Shown: positions 10,571 through 25,094 of the stretch, one piece after another | Numbering within the stretch: position 1 is the first letter of the stretch | Layout of the letters: each line of letters opens with the position of its first letter | Origin: Ramazzottius varieornatus | Taxonomy: Eukaryota > Animalia > Tardigrada | Assembly (NCBI GenBank): GCA_001949185.1 | Contig: BDGG01000004.1 | Coordinates: 2,133,620-2,197,619 of the forward strand | Direction of reading: 5' to 3' | Length of the DNA stretch: 64,000 nt | The notes under the pieces: generated by a model | The model's database searches: none | What the model was told of the DNA's origin: nothing | Seen by the model: only the letters and a program-made list of their open reading frames with translations | Made by a program: the position numbers and the translations under genes

Positions 10571-12114
10571 ATGTTATCGTTCTTCAGCAAATCCCAGAAA
10601 AATCCCAACGAGATTGTGCGGTCGCTGAAAGATGGACTGGTCAGTTTGGAACGGAACGACAAGAAGCCAGAAAAGGTAAAGGGACAACATTCGTTTCTGA
10701 GCAGTCTGTATGTCCTGTATACGCAATGTCTTGGCTCTCGCATCGTTGACTGCGTATTGTGTAAGCAGTCATGTCCAACACTTTCTTCGCGTTGTAGGTC
10801 TCGGAAGAAGTTTCAAAATTGTTGCAGTCCACAAAGGGAATGCTGTTGGGCGCGCCCGAACAGGAGCCTCAGACGGAAATTGTCGCGGCACAGCTCGCTC
10901 AGGAGATGTACAATCAGAACCTGCTGTTGATAATACTGCAAAACATGAAGCGAGTCGATTTCGAGGTTGGTAGTGATTACGGAGAGAGTGTCCTGAGTTT
11001 GAGGTGGTTCTTAAAGGGGCGAAGTCTGATTGTGTCTTTGCGCGAACAGGGGAAGAAGGATGCTGCTCAGATATTCAACATCGTTCTCCGAAGGCAGATT
11101 GGAACAAGAACGCCCACAGTGGAGTACATCTGTACGAAGCCCGAGATTCTCTTCTTGCTTATCTCAGGGTAAGAAAAAGATTTGCATTCTTGTAAGACTT
11201 GGTCGAACAATTCAGACGCATGGGCGTTACTTTATGTAGGTACGACAGTTCAGAGGTGGCATTGAATTGCGGGAATATGCTAAGAGAATGCATACGTTAC
11301 GAAGCATTGGCCAAAATCATCCTTCAGTCCCCAGACTTTTACCGGTTCTTCCACTACGTGGAAGGATCTGCTTTTGATATTGCATCAGATGCTTTCTCGT
11401 CTTTCAAGGTGTGTTCTTTTTATGATTGGGCTTGTTGGCGTTTCGTCGAGCTAATCAATGTCATGCATTGCAGGACCTCTTGACCAAACACAAGATAATA
11501 GTGGCCGAGTTCCTCGAAGCCAACTACGACAAGTTCTTTCAGCACTACCAGAAGCTCCTCGACTCTGACAACTACGTGACAAGACGGCAGTCGTTAAAGG
11601 TAATGAATGATCTCGTTCTCATCGAAATCACCTTATGTCACCGACTTCCCGTGAGCTAACAAGTGTCGTATTATGACGCGGGTTATTGGCTATTCGGTGA
11701 TGGTGGGTTTATGTTATAGTTGTTGGGAGAGCTGCTGCTGGACCGCCATAACTTCAATGTAATGACCAAGTACATTGGCAACCCCGAAAACTTGAAGCTA
11801 ATGATGATTATGCTGCGCGAAAAGAGCAAGAACATACAGTTTGAAGCCTTCCACGTTTTCAAGGTGGGGGAGGACTTGATCAACTGTATATTCCGACATG
11901 TTCTTGATGTCTGATTTTTTAGGTTTTTGTCGCCAACCCCAACAAGCCTAGACCGATCCTGGAGATACTAGTGCGCAATCGGGAAAAGCTCATAGAGTTT
12001 CTGACGAAGTTTCACAGTGATCGAACGGACGATGAGCAGTTCAACGACGAGAAGGCTTATCTTATCAAGCAAATTAAGGACCTCAAAGCTATTTCTGATA
12101 ACACTTCATCCTGA
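10571..12114 (+). CDS. CAB39: MO25 / calcium-binding protein 39 (LKB1-STRAD scaffold)
   Basis: [110 protein letters not shown]; spliced across short GT-AG introns. Confidence 0.97.
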
Positions 12115-12486
12115 ATACTACCTACCCTCACCTTCTTCTGAAACTGCGATCCTTTTTGTCCCGGTTTACTTTCCTGTGTATTAAGCCAAGTTTTAAGCTT
12201 AGTACACTTCGACACAATCTACTTTTCGTTAAAAATGTACAGTTGGAACCCGCTCTTTTTGCTGTGTTTAACAACGATAGCTATCGTTGTCATTTCTATT
12301 CTATCCGAGGCTTCAACGGAACATGGATAACATACTTTTGCCGTTTTGGTGCGTTGATGAAGAGTTGAATTAACAAAGCGATATCTTCCACCCTACCGCA
12401 GTACAGAGTAATTTCTAAAAGATGAGAACTTCGGGTTGAAAGCATCAAGTCACTATCAGAAATCAGAGAAGCTGCATCAGAATTTA

Positions 12487-15400
12487 TCACGTGGAGAATT
12501 TCAAGTATGAACTCGGGACATATCCTCTTGCACCATGAGTATCTTCCACGTAATACCATTCACCATTACCATCGAGATCGTGCTGCACCAGAACCTTCAC
12601 CGGCTGTCCTGCCACCAGTCGAAGTTGGTAAGGACCCGTCGGATTGAAACTGAAGCCAGCTACACAACGCTCGGTCGCCTCGGTAGTCAGCTGAGTATTC
12701 GCTGAATCTCTTGTACTGGTTGGCGACCTATGCTGGATATTATTCCGCAATGGTACGGGAGGAGGTCTTGTCTCGGCCGACAAAGCTAGAGGTCCTTGCA
12801 GTGCCTCCTTCGGTACGAAACCTTGCTGGCCTTTCGACTCGACGAACCACCGATACTCACTTCCCATTGCATCTTTCTTCTTGATCACCTCCACGATGTC
12901 ACCGCTCCGGAGAACGAGATCCATGGCACTCTTGGGTTGCACATCAGACACGACTCGATAAGTTTCTCTTGGCGTGGAAGACTGTGCCGAGATTGACTTG
13001 ATCAGCAAGGGACTAATTGAAGCAGGTAAGGAAGTTCGCTGTTGGGCTCTAAGTCCTTTGCGGTCAGTTTCCGGTGTATCGATCCTTCGGGCATCCGTTG
13101 AACTTAGGCGGTCATACTTCCTGTCTTTGTCAATCCAAACATCGTTTTGAGAGGCGGAATGCGCGACCGATGCATTAGCGACGGAAGTCCCAAAGTCCAA
13201 CTTTCGGAAAACCGCAAGTACGTTGTTGATCTTTTGACTGAGAGACTTGGGGTGCTCGACTTTCTCGGACGATGCCATGAATAACGATAACTCATTGGCG
13301 CACATGTGGAACAATACTTTCCGAAGATAAAGAAAAGATTCGATGCAGGACTGCATTATTCGAGCCAGTACCGCGTTGAATTTTGGAAGGTCCTCCAAAA
13401 GCTGCGCATTTAGCGCTTGGTAAGTTTTCTTCGCCAATTCAGTTTCGCCGACCATCTAACAAGACAATAAGCATCTTTGACATTTAGCTAGTCGATCAAG
13501 CAGAAAGGCTTGAATGTCTTGAGTACTCACCGATTGTGTCCGCTGATCACTTTTCATGCGCTCTACTTTCCTTTTGCAGTTCTCAAAGTCGATGAGCTTT
13601 GCGTGACGCTTACTGATAAGGTTATCTGGACCTTGACAGCGTTTCAGAATCTCCTGCAGCGGCCACACAACGTGGTTCCGCATCTTAGGAACCTATACCG
13701 CAAAAGAGAATTTCTACAGTTACCATCTATGGCACTGTCTATCTGTTGAAAGGGTGTATCGCCTACATAGTTTTCTTGAATGCTCTCCCCGATGCAACAC
13801 TGGCTTTTCGAGAACGCAGTTCCCTCTTTCGCCGAAGTGCCGAGTAGATTCAGGAAGTTGTTCGAGATACTCGAGAATAATGGAACCAGACACTGCAAAC
13901 GGACAAATTATAAAGGATATGGCAACATCGAGAATGAACTCTTATGTGCGATCGTGCTTAATTTTCAAGCACATGGATCACTCACCAGGATTTGTTCGAT
14001 AAAGTCTTCGACGTTTCGCAACAGGTGTTTGACGGCTCGTTTTGACACTTGAAATCTGCGCTCTTCAGTTTGGAATGCGGTGTCTTGCATCTGCAACAAA
14101 ACAGAAAGATTGAAAGCGGGCAAGGTCCAAATACCAATGAGGCCACGGTGGCGCGTACAATAAAGAAGCCAAAAATGTTGAGTTTTCGAGAACACTTACC
14201 AGCGTGGTGAAACCGAACGTGCTCGAAATCTTCAATCCGATCCTGCTAGATTTTTTCGCCACAGAATGAAAACTCATACGAGAGAGCCGGTTAGTCAAAC
14301 CTCCAGACGATCCTGGATTTCTATATTTCTCAACTAAACCGAGAAGATAAACGTGTTAACGTACTAAAATTTCATTTCATGATATTATGACCATCACTTG
14401 CGATGCGGAGAGAGATGTCGTACCAAGTTCTTTTCGGCGTTTCAGTTCGTTAATGGTTCCAGCCATTTCTGTTAAGGTTTTTAGGCTGTCTTTCACAAAG
14501 ATCTGATCGGGATGATTTTCCGGTGTTGCCTGCAATACATGCGCAAAATATGTACTGTACTTCGACGTACTTTATGCAGATGTGCTGATGTTTATGTAAA
14601 TTGAGCACCAAATATGCTGTCCTTTGTTGACGAACGCTAACCTTGAGCAGTTTGTCCATCAAGAGAGGGTACTTCAACACCCGCTGTAGAGGCTTGATAA
14701 ACATAGACGGGAGATCAAAGCAGTTCGTCTGGGTGCGAATGTCCGCCACTTTGGCAGACATGTAACTGGAGACGTGCGGTATGTCCTTGTACTGCAATGA
14801 CACCAATCAGGCAAACGTCTACGAAAATCTGCTGATATGCTCTTAGACAATAATAATCGTAGTTAACGAGATGCATCATAACAGCTAACTTACCTTTACC
14901 AGAGCCTCGATACCGGCATTATCTTTACAATACGCCAAGTACACTGTGCGTAAGTCTGAGTTCAGATGACGAAGGAAGCACTCTCCAACTTGCTCGTCGG
15001 AGACCCGTAGGTCCCGAAGTAGGCTTTCGGAAGATCGAAGCACGGCTTCTATATTGCCCATCACCAATTTCACGTTGAATTCCGGCGGCTACAAAAGGGA
15101 TATTATATTCATATATAGCCCTGTAGAACTGAAGTGGTTCCCAGTCCTACCGGTGGTGGATCTTGGCGTAGGACCTTCACGCAGGTCTTCACGCTTTCCA
15201 AGTAATCGCGTTCTGTTTCGACGATTTCTTTCACGATCTTCTTTCGTTTGGTTTGCCAGTCGTCGTTCGGCGTTTCCTCTTCACTCTTTTGCGTCGAATA
15301 TACTGGTATGACATCGCTTTGCAGTGCGGACGATCGACCAGAGCGATTCTCGGATTTATTCGAGGGAACACCTCGTGCGGAGAAAACCGGGCTTGCGGAA

Positions 15401-16541
15401 TTGACGCTCCTTTCCGCGCTGTCTCCGCTGTGGAGAGACAAGTCGTCGATATTCGAGGAAAGCTTTGCTTCATCCGGTTCGGATCCGATGATCTTGAGAT
15501 TCCCAGCTGGACAGAACCCGACATTACCGTAGTCGTCCATGGCTTCCACCCATGCATAGCCGCGTCTGCTGAGTACTGTAACGGTATCCCCGACTTGGAA
15601 ACTCGGCTCTTCTTGAGAGGCAGATACATACTCTGCCAGAACGATGGCATACGTATCAGGCGGAAAGTTTTCGACTTGCTCTTCAGACGCTAATTCGGTG
15701 CGCTCGTAGCTGGTCTGCATCTGGTTTTCCAGAGGCTGGATAATTTCGATATAGGCTGCCGGGAGGATTCCGTGACGTCCGTCGAGCAGCTCGCCTTCGA
15801 TCCAGTTGTCGTCCACGTATCGTAACAAGGAAATGTAGTCTCCAGCACTAAATTGCAGTTCACCTGGAACGCCAGACTTGAAATCATACAAAGCACGTCC
15901 ATAGGGTCCGTAAACTCCAGCCTGCAGCAAGGAAACCGTAACTTCCTAGACCAGCTTAGCTAGTTCGGTAATTTGAACCAAGTAATACTGTACCTCCCCG
16001 TACGATTCACCCGTATTCTGAGAGTAATCAGATGACGCGGTTCTCTGACCAGAGTTGTCCAGCGTGCTCGGAGGAGCTTCATCGGGAAGAAGACGTCTGA
16101 CCCACTGGATCGGAAATATTCCATGATAGGACTCGCAGCAACCATACCACCACGAACTATCAACAGCATATTCTCCCACTATAATCCCTCCTAGAGAACA
16201 ACCCATGTGCAACAGCATCAGTTACAGTGAAACCATGATCAAACCTTACCTTTAGAAAAGCTCAAGTCGCCCTGCTCAGTACCGCGAAAGTCATTCACAG
16301 CGAAGAAGATCGGTGTTTCATTTGTTATTCCCACTTCCGGTAGACGCAATGGCGAGATGCAGTATGTGGGTATCAGTCCTTCGTGTCCCGTAACCAAATT
16401 CACAGCGTAGAACTGCTTTCTTCCTTCTTTACGAAGCAGTTTGACCAAGTCGTTGAGCGATACACTCAGCTCCTCGCTTGGATGATCGGTCCAGTAATCC
16501 GTGACAGCTCTTCCATAGATATAGTCGGGAGTGGCCTCCAT
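12487..16541 (-). CDS. DNMBP: Tuba / dynamin-binding protein (4xSH3 - RhoGEF DH - BAR - 2xSH3)
   Basis: N-terminal SH3s (ALYDFKSGVPGELQFSAGD...GILPAAYI), DH domain (KRKKIVKEIVETERDYL; FIKPLQRVLKYPLL), BAR (ISKRHAKLIDF; YQALNAQLLEDLPKF) and two C-terminal SH3s (GFVPKEAL; GYVPSSYL). The start Met (MEATPDY) is inferred. Confidence 0.9.
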
Positions 16542-16960
16542 GCCTTCCCAGCTCTTACCATAATCCTCCCTCACCGTGTTCACGAAGCTCCAGCTGTGGT
16601 TTTCAGAAGGCGTAACAAATTAATTTTGAGGGTGCTCTAGAAAACAATTGGAGCGATCAGGTTTCGGATTTTTACGGCTGAATGGAAATGCGATTTGCTG
16701 CGTAATGGGTGTTTGAACGAAGTCAGCTGGAAACCACAACAAAACCTGTCTGTCCGCCAGACTCCGCCTCCACTTGAAATGCGCCGCCATTGGGTACGAT
16801 CAGTGCGTTCGATGAGTCATCCCTTGGCCTAAGTCAATTTTCGCAAACTCCAAAATCAGAATTGATCATCCGAACCTCGGAATATTTCCTTCCGCTCCGT
16901 TTCTGGAGCCATGAGCTCTTGACTACTTTGCATACGTTTCCACTCTGGATCTATTCCGCA

Positions 16961-18034
16961 ATGTCGAATGCTGAGGATTACCCTTCCGTACTGGTCGTGT
17001 CGTGTACGAGCAGCAAATCGGCCGAAGACCTTATCAGAGGTGAGACGTCTTTCCTGATTTGTAAGATTTATTGTTATTACTATACGAGGCTATGGACTGT
17101 GTCTTCACCAAGCATGTGAACTTTCAATGCAGGTATCGCCTTGAATGATCTCCCGTGGGAACCTGAACTCTTGGATAAAGACATTGAAGCATACTCCTGG
17201 CATGTCGATACGAAGTACTATAGTGCTGGCGTGAAACTCTGTACCCCTAAGCATCGAACTGTTCCCAGCCGCGAATTTGCAGAGACCGTGGAGGCAGTCG
17301 TCCTGCACTTCGACGCCAAAGATCGAGACACGTTCAGCCTACTCAAGACGTGGCTGAGAACATTTGACGATCTGTATTCCCCTTCGGTGAAGCTTTTGAC
17401 TTGCGACAGCTACCCAGAAAAGGAGGGCGTAACCAAAGACGAACTCGATCGGTTTACGATAGAAAATGACTGCGAGCTCATCCAGCTGGTGGTATGTAAC
17501 GAGTCATTTGTAATAGTAATACATCATTCGGGCATGCGTGTAACCATGTAGGAATGCTTTGTAGCCGACGGAAGTGGACGAAGACGAGGAGGCAGAGTTC
17601 GGAAGCATACACGGGTTCCCACGAGTGCGAAGTGCTTTGCACGCTCACAACTGGTCGAATTTAAAGATGAAGCAAATGCCGAAGCGAAGAAACTTTTGTG
17701 ACGACGATGGCAGCCACGATGGTGAAACAGTACCGGAGCTGCAAGCACCAGGAAACCAGGAGGACACATCGTCGACAGCGGACGCCGAAGACAATTTTAG
17801 TCAGCTCTTCTCTCGCTTACACGAATATCGTATGACAGCCTCCACCCTGGGTCCTGATGGTCGCAGAGACTTCGCAGAGAAGGTAAAACGCGGTGGCAGT
17901 CCATACTTTCATTTGGAAGTCTACTATCTTTTCGTGTCGGTAAATCGACCATGTTGTTATCGGTCTGTTCCTCGTAGGTTGCAAAAGAGTTTCTCAAGGC
18001 ACTGGATTCGGACTCGGACGGAGCTTCCGAGTAG
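16961..18034 (+). CDS. AAGAB: Alpha- and gamma-adaptin binding protein p34
   Basis: WHVDTKYYSA motif, EAVVLHFD, GFPRVRSALHAHNWSNLKMK, and C-terminal FSQLFSRL...RRDFAEKVAKEF helix. Confidence 0.9.
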
Positions 18035-18206
18035 GTCGTTCGACAACACACATGTTTGGTTCTCGATTGACGTTTTTGCTGTGTTGACCGTAACACGAAA
18101 AGTTTTGAGCAAGAACTTGTAGATAAATTTCGAGAATTCCATTGGTAGAGATTCCAGTCACGTTAGCGAAAGAAAGATTATCAAAGAAATCAAAAGCCGT
18201 ATGAGA

Positions 18207-19673
18207 CTACACAACCGAGCCGCCCATGGTGCGACCCAAATAGTCCTTATCAACAATATAAAACTGATGCTTTTCCGAAAAGATGGCCCATACAACAGCC
18301 ACATTTTCAATGACAACATTAACCGGAATGAAAAGCACAGCCCCGATGAGGCACAAAAACCCTCGAAATACTCCAAGGCGTCTGAAAGGAAACGAGCGCA
18401 GTGCTCCAAAGAGGAACATATAAATATTCACGCTGGCGATCCACGCTGTCAGCCATTCCAGCCAATGTGGATAGGCAGCCGGAAGTGTGAAGTTCAAGAC
18501 TGCGCATAGGGTCGAAAGCGGAAGTGACAGCCAGGCGTATAATGACAACGCCAGGAAGATCTTATACCGAAACTTGATGTCATGGTTATGTACGACTAGA
18601 AAGATACCTTGTATCCATCGCTTTCGTTGCTTGAGCAAGTCTGACAGAGTAAAGGGACTCTTTTCCCACATTTCACCTTCGATCCAGTTGAATGAGTATC
18701 CTTTTTCGAAAGCTTTCATAGCGAAGTAACAGTCTTCCGCAATACTGCCGTCAGGTCCATTGTCGTACGTCACGTCTTTCTCTGCTGTGGCTCTGGTCAC
18801 GACATAAGAACCTTTCCAACTGAAGAGAGGTTTGTGGAACATCTTCAGCTGGACTCGCTGTTTCCCCATATCGTCAGCTACGCGAAAACTATCAGCTGTA
18901 GTCGTGATCCAGTTAACGACTACGTCGTTCGCGTAGGTGACGAGACCTTGTCCGAACGCGTGCTTTCCGTCACAAACAAAGTTAATGATACCTAGGAAGA
19001 TCGTTCGTTAACCTTAATAAAAATTTTGTTCGACGAAATGAATACCGTTCACGCTTCTTTCGGTTAACAGCGTTTCTTCGTCCAGGTGAACTATCCATGT
19101 TCCGTCATCACAGTCGTAAATACCGGGTTCAAGGCAGTACTGCAGCGCGCGGCTCTTGAAGAGAGCTCCCGTTTTGGAACGGTACTCTGTGGGAACGACT
19201 ATCTGTTTCAGCGACTCGTTTGCCGGAAGCGAAATCGCGTTGTCGGTGACCACTTCGTACAAATAGTTAACCACTCCAACACGCCGTACGGTCTCCAAGT
19301 TTCTCTCCACTGTTCTGTGCACCAGTTCTGGAAAGGTGCCTCTTGTTACGCAGCGGAAGCGAAGCTTCGGAACGTCACCAGGTGGTGCATGAGATTCGAC
19401 GGTTTCTCTGAACGCGTTGAGGAAGAACAGTCCGAAGAAGTTGAACAGTACTTGTGGTAAGGCTAGTAGGGCGAGGTATCGCAGTATATAGAGTCCGATA
19501 GTCACCGACACACCATACGCTTTAACGGGATCAGGAAGCGGCTCCTCTGAACTTCTATCATTGTTCCATGCTAGTTTGGCAGAGTGCAAGCCATAGAGAA
19601 GAATCAGGAAATACAGCAAATCATGGAATATCTGCTTCAACAAGCCATTCAAGCGGGTCTGGGAGAACAGCAT
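18207..19673 (-). CDS. egh: Beta-1,4-mannosyltransferase egghead / BRE-3
   Basis: FRCVTRGTFP, EVVTD, YRSKTGALFKSRALQYCLE, WIVHLDEET, WKGSYVV, DGSIAEDCYF, EKSPFTLSDLLKQRKRWIQG; one short intron near 18993-19046. Confidence 0.96.
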
Positions 19674-20878
19674 TCTTTCACAGCTTGTGCCTTGTGGTCT
19701 TCACGGCAACAGGTACCTTTGTCCGGAAGTCCACTGGATCATGTCGAATGCTCCGCTGTCCTGCAAAGAAAGACGCGGTACCCAACCCATAAAGCTAAAG
19801 CCGCTCTGCAATCTGGATGTTCCGGCTCTCCAAAAGAAATCTATTGATATCAGCACTTGCTGCACTTCCGGTCTGGTTTAATTACCGTTTACAATTCTGA
19901 TAAGAAGATTTCGTATAGGAGATTGCGAACTTTGCGTTGTTGATACCAAGTCGAAGAGAGGTTTGATTTCGTTTTCGGCTGATTGGTCAGACTGTCAGCA
20001 ATTGTAGTACCAACGCTTTGATTGCTTCATCCACTACAAGTTCAGAAAGACTCCTCCGCCTTCCCTGTTGCCAACAGTAATGAGCTGCCAAAAGTGGCCT
20101 CCACTCGTACGCGGCCTGCCAAAACCGCAAGCGGTCGGAAACGGCTTTTGACGGGTCATTATCAAAGAGTTGGTACCGTGCACGTGGTGCAGACTTTCAC
20201 ACACAGATACCCGGTTCAAACTATGTCACTCACGCTTTTTGCAGCCCAGCGGTTGCTTGTGTTTGGCGAGACGGTTTTCTTTTGTTGCTCGGATCCCTTG
20301 ATTGAATGAAGAGCTCATCTTCAGTTTTGTTAGTAGATTACATCACATTACGTACAATATGTCATCAACGTATGACGTATACCATATCGGTCCGACCTAT
20401 TTGTTAGCGGAGCGTAATCAATTAATCGCTCAATCAGGCTTGACGTTCCGGCAACGTCCCTTTTAGCAGCTCTGTATGAGTTGCCAAACTTGTCTGGAAG
20501 TGGAACAGTCATTCCGAGGATTCTTTTCTTCTGGATGCAGACTCCAGAATTCTTGCCCTGCACGTGTTCCTGAATCTTCGTCGCAATTGGCTTCCCTTCA
20601 GTACGCTCCGAAACTTGAGGTGCTGTTTCTCCATGGCACCCTCCCTACACGATCGCGAGTAACCGCACAGTGCAGTGCCATCCTGTTCAAGTTTTGAAGG
20701 ATGACATAGAAATCTGGTCGGATCACCGACAACCTGTTATCTATTGCCGGATCCCACAGACGCGTCCTCCTTAGCGCTTCGTGGTAGGGCACCAAGAACC
20801 TACGATACTTCCCACCGTTCAAGGCAGCTGCTTCTGACGTTTCCTGGCCCTCTTCCTGCCCTCCATAGGCTCTACACC

Positions 20879-23800
20879 ATGGACTACATCAAGCAGAATA
20901 TGCCGTTCTTCAAGCGTCGTCAAACGGAACTCATACTCCCTTTCACCTACAGCGTTGTTCTGACCACCGAGGCGGAATTCCTTACCTGCAGTCTGTGTAA
21001 ACATAAACCTCCCTTTGCTATTTATGGAAAACCTGTTGGCGACAAAGCGCCCACTGCCGATCCGGACGCCATGAAACAGTTGGCCGTAGTATATGAACTC
21101 ATCCTGATGGCTCCCAAAGACCATAACATAACATTCTCGTAAGTGGTATGAATTCGAGGCGATTCAGTATTACAGCAGCTAACGAGAATCTTCTTTGCAG
21201 TATATTTCGTTCCCCATCGCAAGATAAAGCCATCGAGGAAATGGAGATCCTTCACAACGTCGTCCAGGAGTTTACTAAAGTAGAGGACATACCTGACTTT
21301 TGGACCTTGCTGAACATCAAGAACGTTTGTAGTTTCATAGCGTCAAATCGGGATTGGCCAGCTGTTCACATTGCAGCGTTCTTCGGTTGGATAGAAGCGT
21401 TCAACCATGACAGTTTCTCCAAGAAGATTGATCTTTCGAATCCGGCCAATGGGGAAGTTCCACTTCATGTAACTGTCAAACGGGGACATTTGGAGCTTAC
21501 CAAGAGGTTACTAGCGCTGGACTTTCGTCTAGATATCGTTACTTCTGTTGGCGACTCTGTGTTCCATTACGCTGCAACAACGAACCCGGAAACAATCAAG
21601 GTTCGTGGTCCTCATTTCTGGTGGCGCTTTCGGTGTTACATAATATTCGTTTCGATTTTATTCCTTTGACTGTTCGTCATTGTGTATTGTGTATCGTCCT
21701 TTTTGTGTATCGTCCTTTTTTTGTGTAGGAGCTCGGAAAGCGTTTGTCGCCTATGGTTAACAGCGTCAACCATGACGATCAAACTCCGCTACTCCTCGCG
21801 TGCATGGCCGCCAAGCAGGATTGCATCGAAGCCCTCTTTTCGATTGGATCCGATCTAGCGCAGAACAAACTGGTGTTGACTTCCTCGGAGCCGAAGTCAA
21901 AGTCGCTCCAGATGCAGTAAGTTCTGTAACCACCGGGTAATTTAATGATCGTTATAATGGACAATGATCACTTTACCTCCCATCGTTTTCGTTTGGTAGG
22001 TGCGCCGAGTCGCTGTGTAAGGTTTACCCGGAGCTTTTAGAGTCTCCGGCTGTCAAGTTCGGTGGAAGTCCCTTGCACTGGTGTAAATCCAAAGTTGGAG
22101 TTATACGTTTCATGGCATGTAACGTCAACCCTGAGAGTCGTAATGACATCGGGGAGGTATGTTCCTTCCAAAGTTTGAGGAGAAAATTTTAGGTGGTCCA
22201 AGGCCGTTTGTGTGACAGTATGAGAATATTTTCTCTATTGGTAGACTCCGCTGCACTTGATGGTGATGAAGTCCCGACTGGACTGTGCCATCGTCCTTTT
22301 GAGTCATGGCGCACACATTGACGTTGTGGACTACAAAGGCAACACTCCGCTACACAACGCTGTCATCTATGGGTCCATGGATATGGTGAAGGCCATGGTA
22401 GTCTTTGGTGCCGACATCTACGTCGAGAACAAGGCTCGTGAGACGCCCTTGTCATTGGCTGATGGGTGCGCACTAGGCAAACGTCGCGATGAGATGCTCC
22501 TGGTCCTCAGTGTGGCAAGTGGCGGAGAGCACTCTCCAGTCCTTCAACCGTACCGCCTGAAGGTTCGTGATGAGATGCGGAAACATGGACAACTGCCCGA
22601 TGAGAACTCCCCTGCTGGACTGGAGTTCTTGGACGATTCGGCGCATGACTTGATGGACGTGGATCCTCCTGCAGGGCCATCGGCATTGGACGACTCTGTC
22701 GTGATACTAGGCCCTAAGAGAAAACAGCGGGTGAATATTCGGCGTCAAAGCTCAGTCAAATGGACGAACGAAGATACGATTATCATGACCATCGAGATAA
22801 TCCTGTCGATTTCATTTAGGTGCTCTGTCTTGATGGTGGTGGAATTAAAGGTCTTGTGCTCATCGAAATGTTGCTAGCAATCGAAGAATTGGTCAAGCGT
22901 CCGCTGAAAGAATGCTTTGACTGGATTGCTGGAACAAGTACTGGAGCGAGTGTTGCGCTGGCAATTGCTACAGGTAATATACAGATTGCGAGCGAAAGCG
23001 CACTAGCANNNNNNNNNNNNNNNNNNNNNNNNNNNNNNNNNNNNNNNNNNNNNNNNNNNNNNNNNNNNNNNNNNNNNNNNNNNNNNNNNNNNNNNNNNNN
23101 NNNNNNNNNNNNNNNNNNNNNNNNNNNNNNNNNNNNNNNNNNNNNNNNNNNNNNNNNNNNNNNNNNNNNNNNNNNNNNNNNNNNNNNNNNNNNNNNNNNN
23201 NNNNNNNNNNNNNNNNNNNNNNNNNNNNNNNNNNNNCAATCTGTATAATATAAACATTGTAATCAATTTTCTGTCTCGTTCGCCGTTTTGATTGGTTGGG
23301 AGTTCCTCCTTCGCTTCTTTACAGGAAAAGACATGAAGGACATTCTGGGTCTGTATTTCCGCATGAAGGATAAGATCTTTGTCGGGTCTCGGCCGTACCC
23401 TGCCGACGCCTACGAGAGCATATTACAAGAAGAGTTCGGTGCGGAAACGAAAATGACGGATATTACCGGACTGAAGTACGGATTTTACAGCAGTTTTGAG
23501 TCTCGATAAATTAACCGGGTTTCTTTCGTAGGATATTGATACCTGCCCTTCTAGTAGATCGGCATCCACCGAGTCTTCATTTTTTCCGGAACTACGACCA
23601 CCCTGTGCGCGCCAGTGGGATCGAGTCTATAGTGACGAAGACGGGTCCGAAACTGCTTTGTAAACCACTTCCGCCTAGTGGTAGGACTTGCGTCTTGTAG
23701 CCAGTTTACATGAATGGAATTTTTTTCTTTTCTCAAATTCTCTTTTACGGTTTGTGGAAGCCGATGAAGTGATATGTCGTTGACTGTTTGCAGAGCAGTT

Positions 23801-24695
23801 GGTATGGAAAGCCGCACGAGCTTCAGGTGCTGCCCCAACCTACTTTCGGTCCATTGAAAGTTTTTTGGATGGCGGCCTGATGGCTAACAATCCCACTCTA
23901 GATACGCTGACGGAGATATTCGATTACAATAACTACATGAGACAGCAGGTGATGTTCTGTTCGTTACTGACCTGATGTTATGTTAACGCAGATCTTTTTC
24001 AGGGAAGAAAGGACGAAGTAGATGAATTGCTCTGTGTGCTGTCACTGGGAACGGGTCGTCCACCCATGTTAGCGGTTCCCAGGTGCGTCATCGCTTGTCT
24101 CGTACCTCACGAACAGTAACCATTGTCCGTAGTGGGAATTTTGCTACAATTCGCGCTTATTCTCGATTGTGAAAGCGACGTGTGTTTTTGCAGTATTGAT
24201 GTTTACTGGCCCGAAAAGATTTGGGATGCAGCAAAGATTGGTCTGAACGCCTCTGCGTTGAGTCGTCTTGTCATCGAGCAGGTACCGTTCGTCTCATTGC
24301 ATTTTCGTAAGCGGGATCGCTGCAGTGTGTTCTTTCAGGCGTGTCAGAGCGAAGGACGGGTAGTTGATCGTGCTCGGGCTTGGTGGTAAATGCGTTGCAG
24401 CTGCAGTTTACGATTTTTGAGTTCATGTCTGACACGCGTGTTTTGTTTCGTAGTGAATCTCACAGTATCCCGTTCTTCCGCTTCTCTCCTCAGTTTGGGC
24501 GCGACGTTTCGCTTGACTGCGTTCACGACGAGACGGTATGTGGTGTGTTCCGCACGTAGTGGTCTGATCAGTGCGCCAGGTGAATATCTCACTGTTTCTT
24601 TGCAGCTTATTGGCATGTTGTGGGAAACTCGTGCGTACATTGAAAGTGAGCAGGCGAAACTACACCATCTAGCAAAGTTACTCACAATTCGGTAG
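20879..24695 (+). CDS. PLA2G6: Calcium-independent phospholipase A2 beta (ankyrin repeats + patatin domain)
   Basis: Ankyrin repeats (GEVPLH, GNTPLH) followed by [10 protein letters not shown], lipase GTSTG and SGAAPTYF...[11 protein letters not shown]. An assembly gap lies in an intron. The start is inferred. Confidence 0.93.
23009..23236. other. Assembly gap (N run) in a PLA2G6 intron
   Basis: 228 consecutive N. Confidence 0.99.
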
Positions 24696-25094
24696 GAGGT
24701 ATAAAGGGTTGTATTTGGTTCTGCTGGGCACTATTTTGGGCATTATTCTGTGATCTCACCTCGTTGCTCCGGTGCGACATTTTTTCGTGTGTTGAACCTA
24801 CAATTTGTGATTTGATTTTCACTTCTCCGCTTGAGAAATATTTTCAAAGGCTAAAGTCTATCTCCGAGCTTCGCTCCCTACTTGATTTCCTTGCACTGGC
24901 TTCCGGTCAGTGGACTGTATTTTGTATATTTTGGAAAGTTGCTACGAACTGAGACGTCTCAATTTCCGGTTGTCATGGTTCCCTCGGGCAGAGCAATGCC
25001 TCCCAAAGCAACATCCCAGTCAACTTCAAAAGTTATCCGGTGGCAACTTAATTTCGAACTTCTCACTGCTTGGTAGCACTCCTGTTCTCTAACC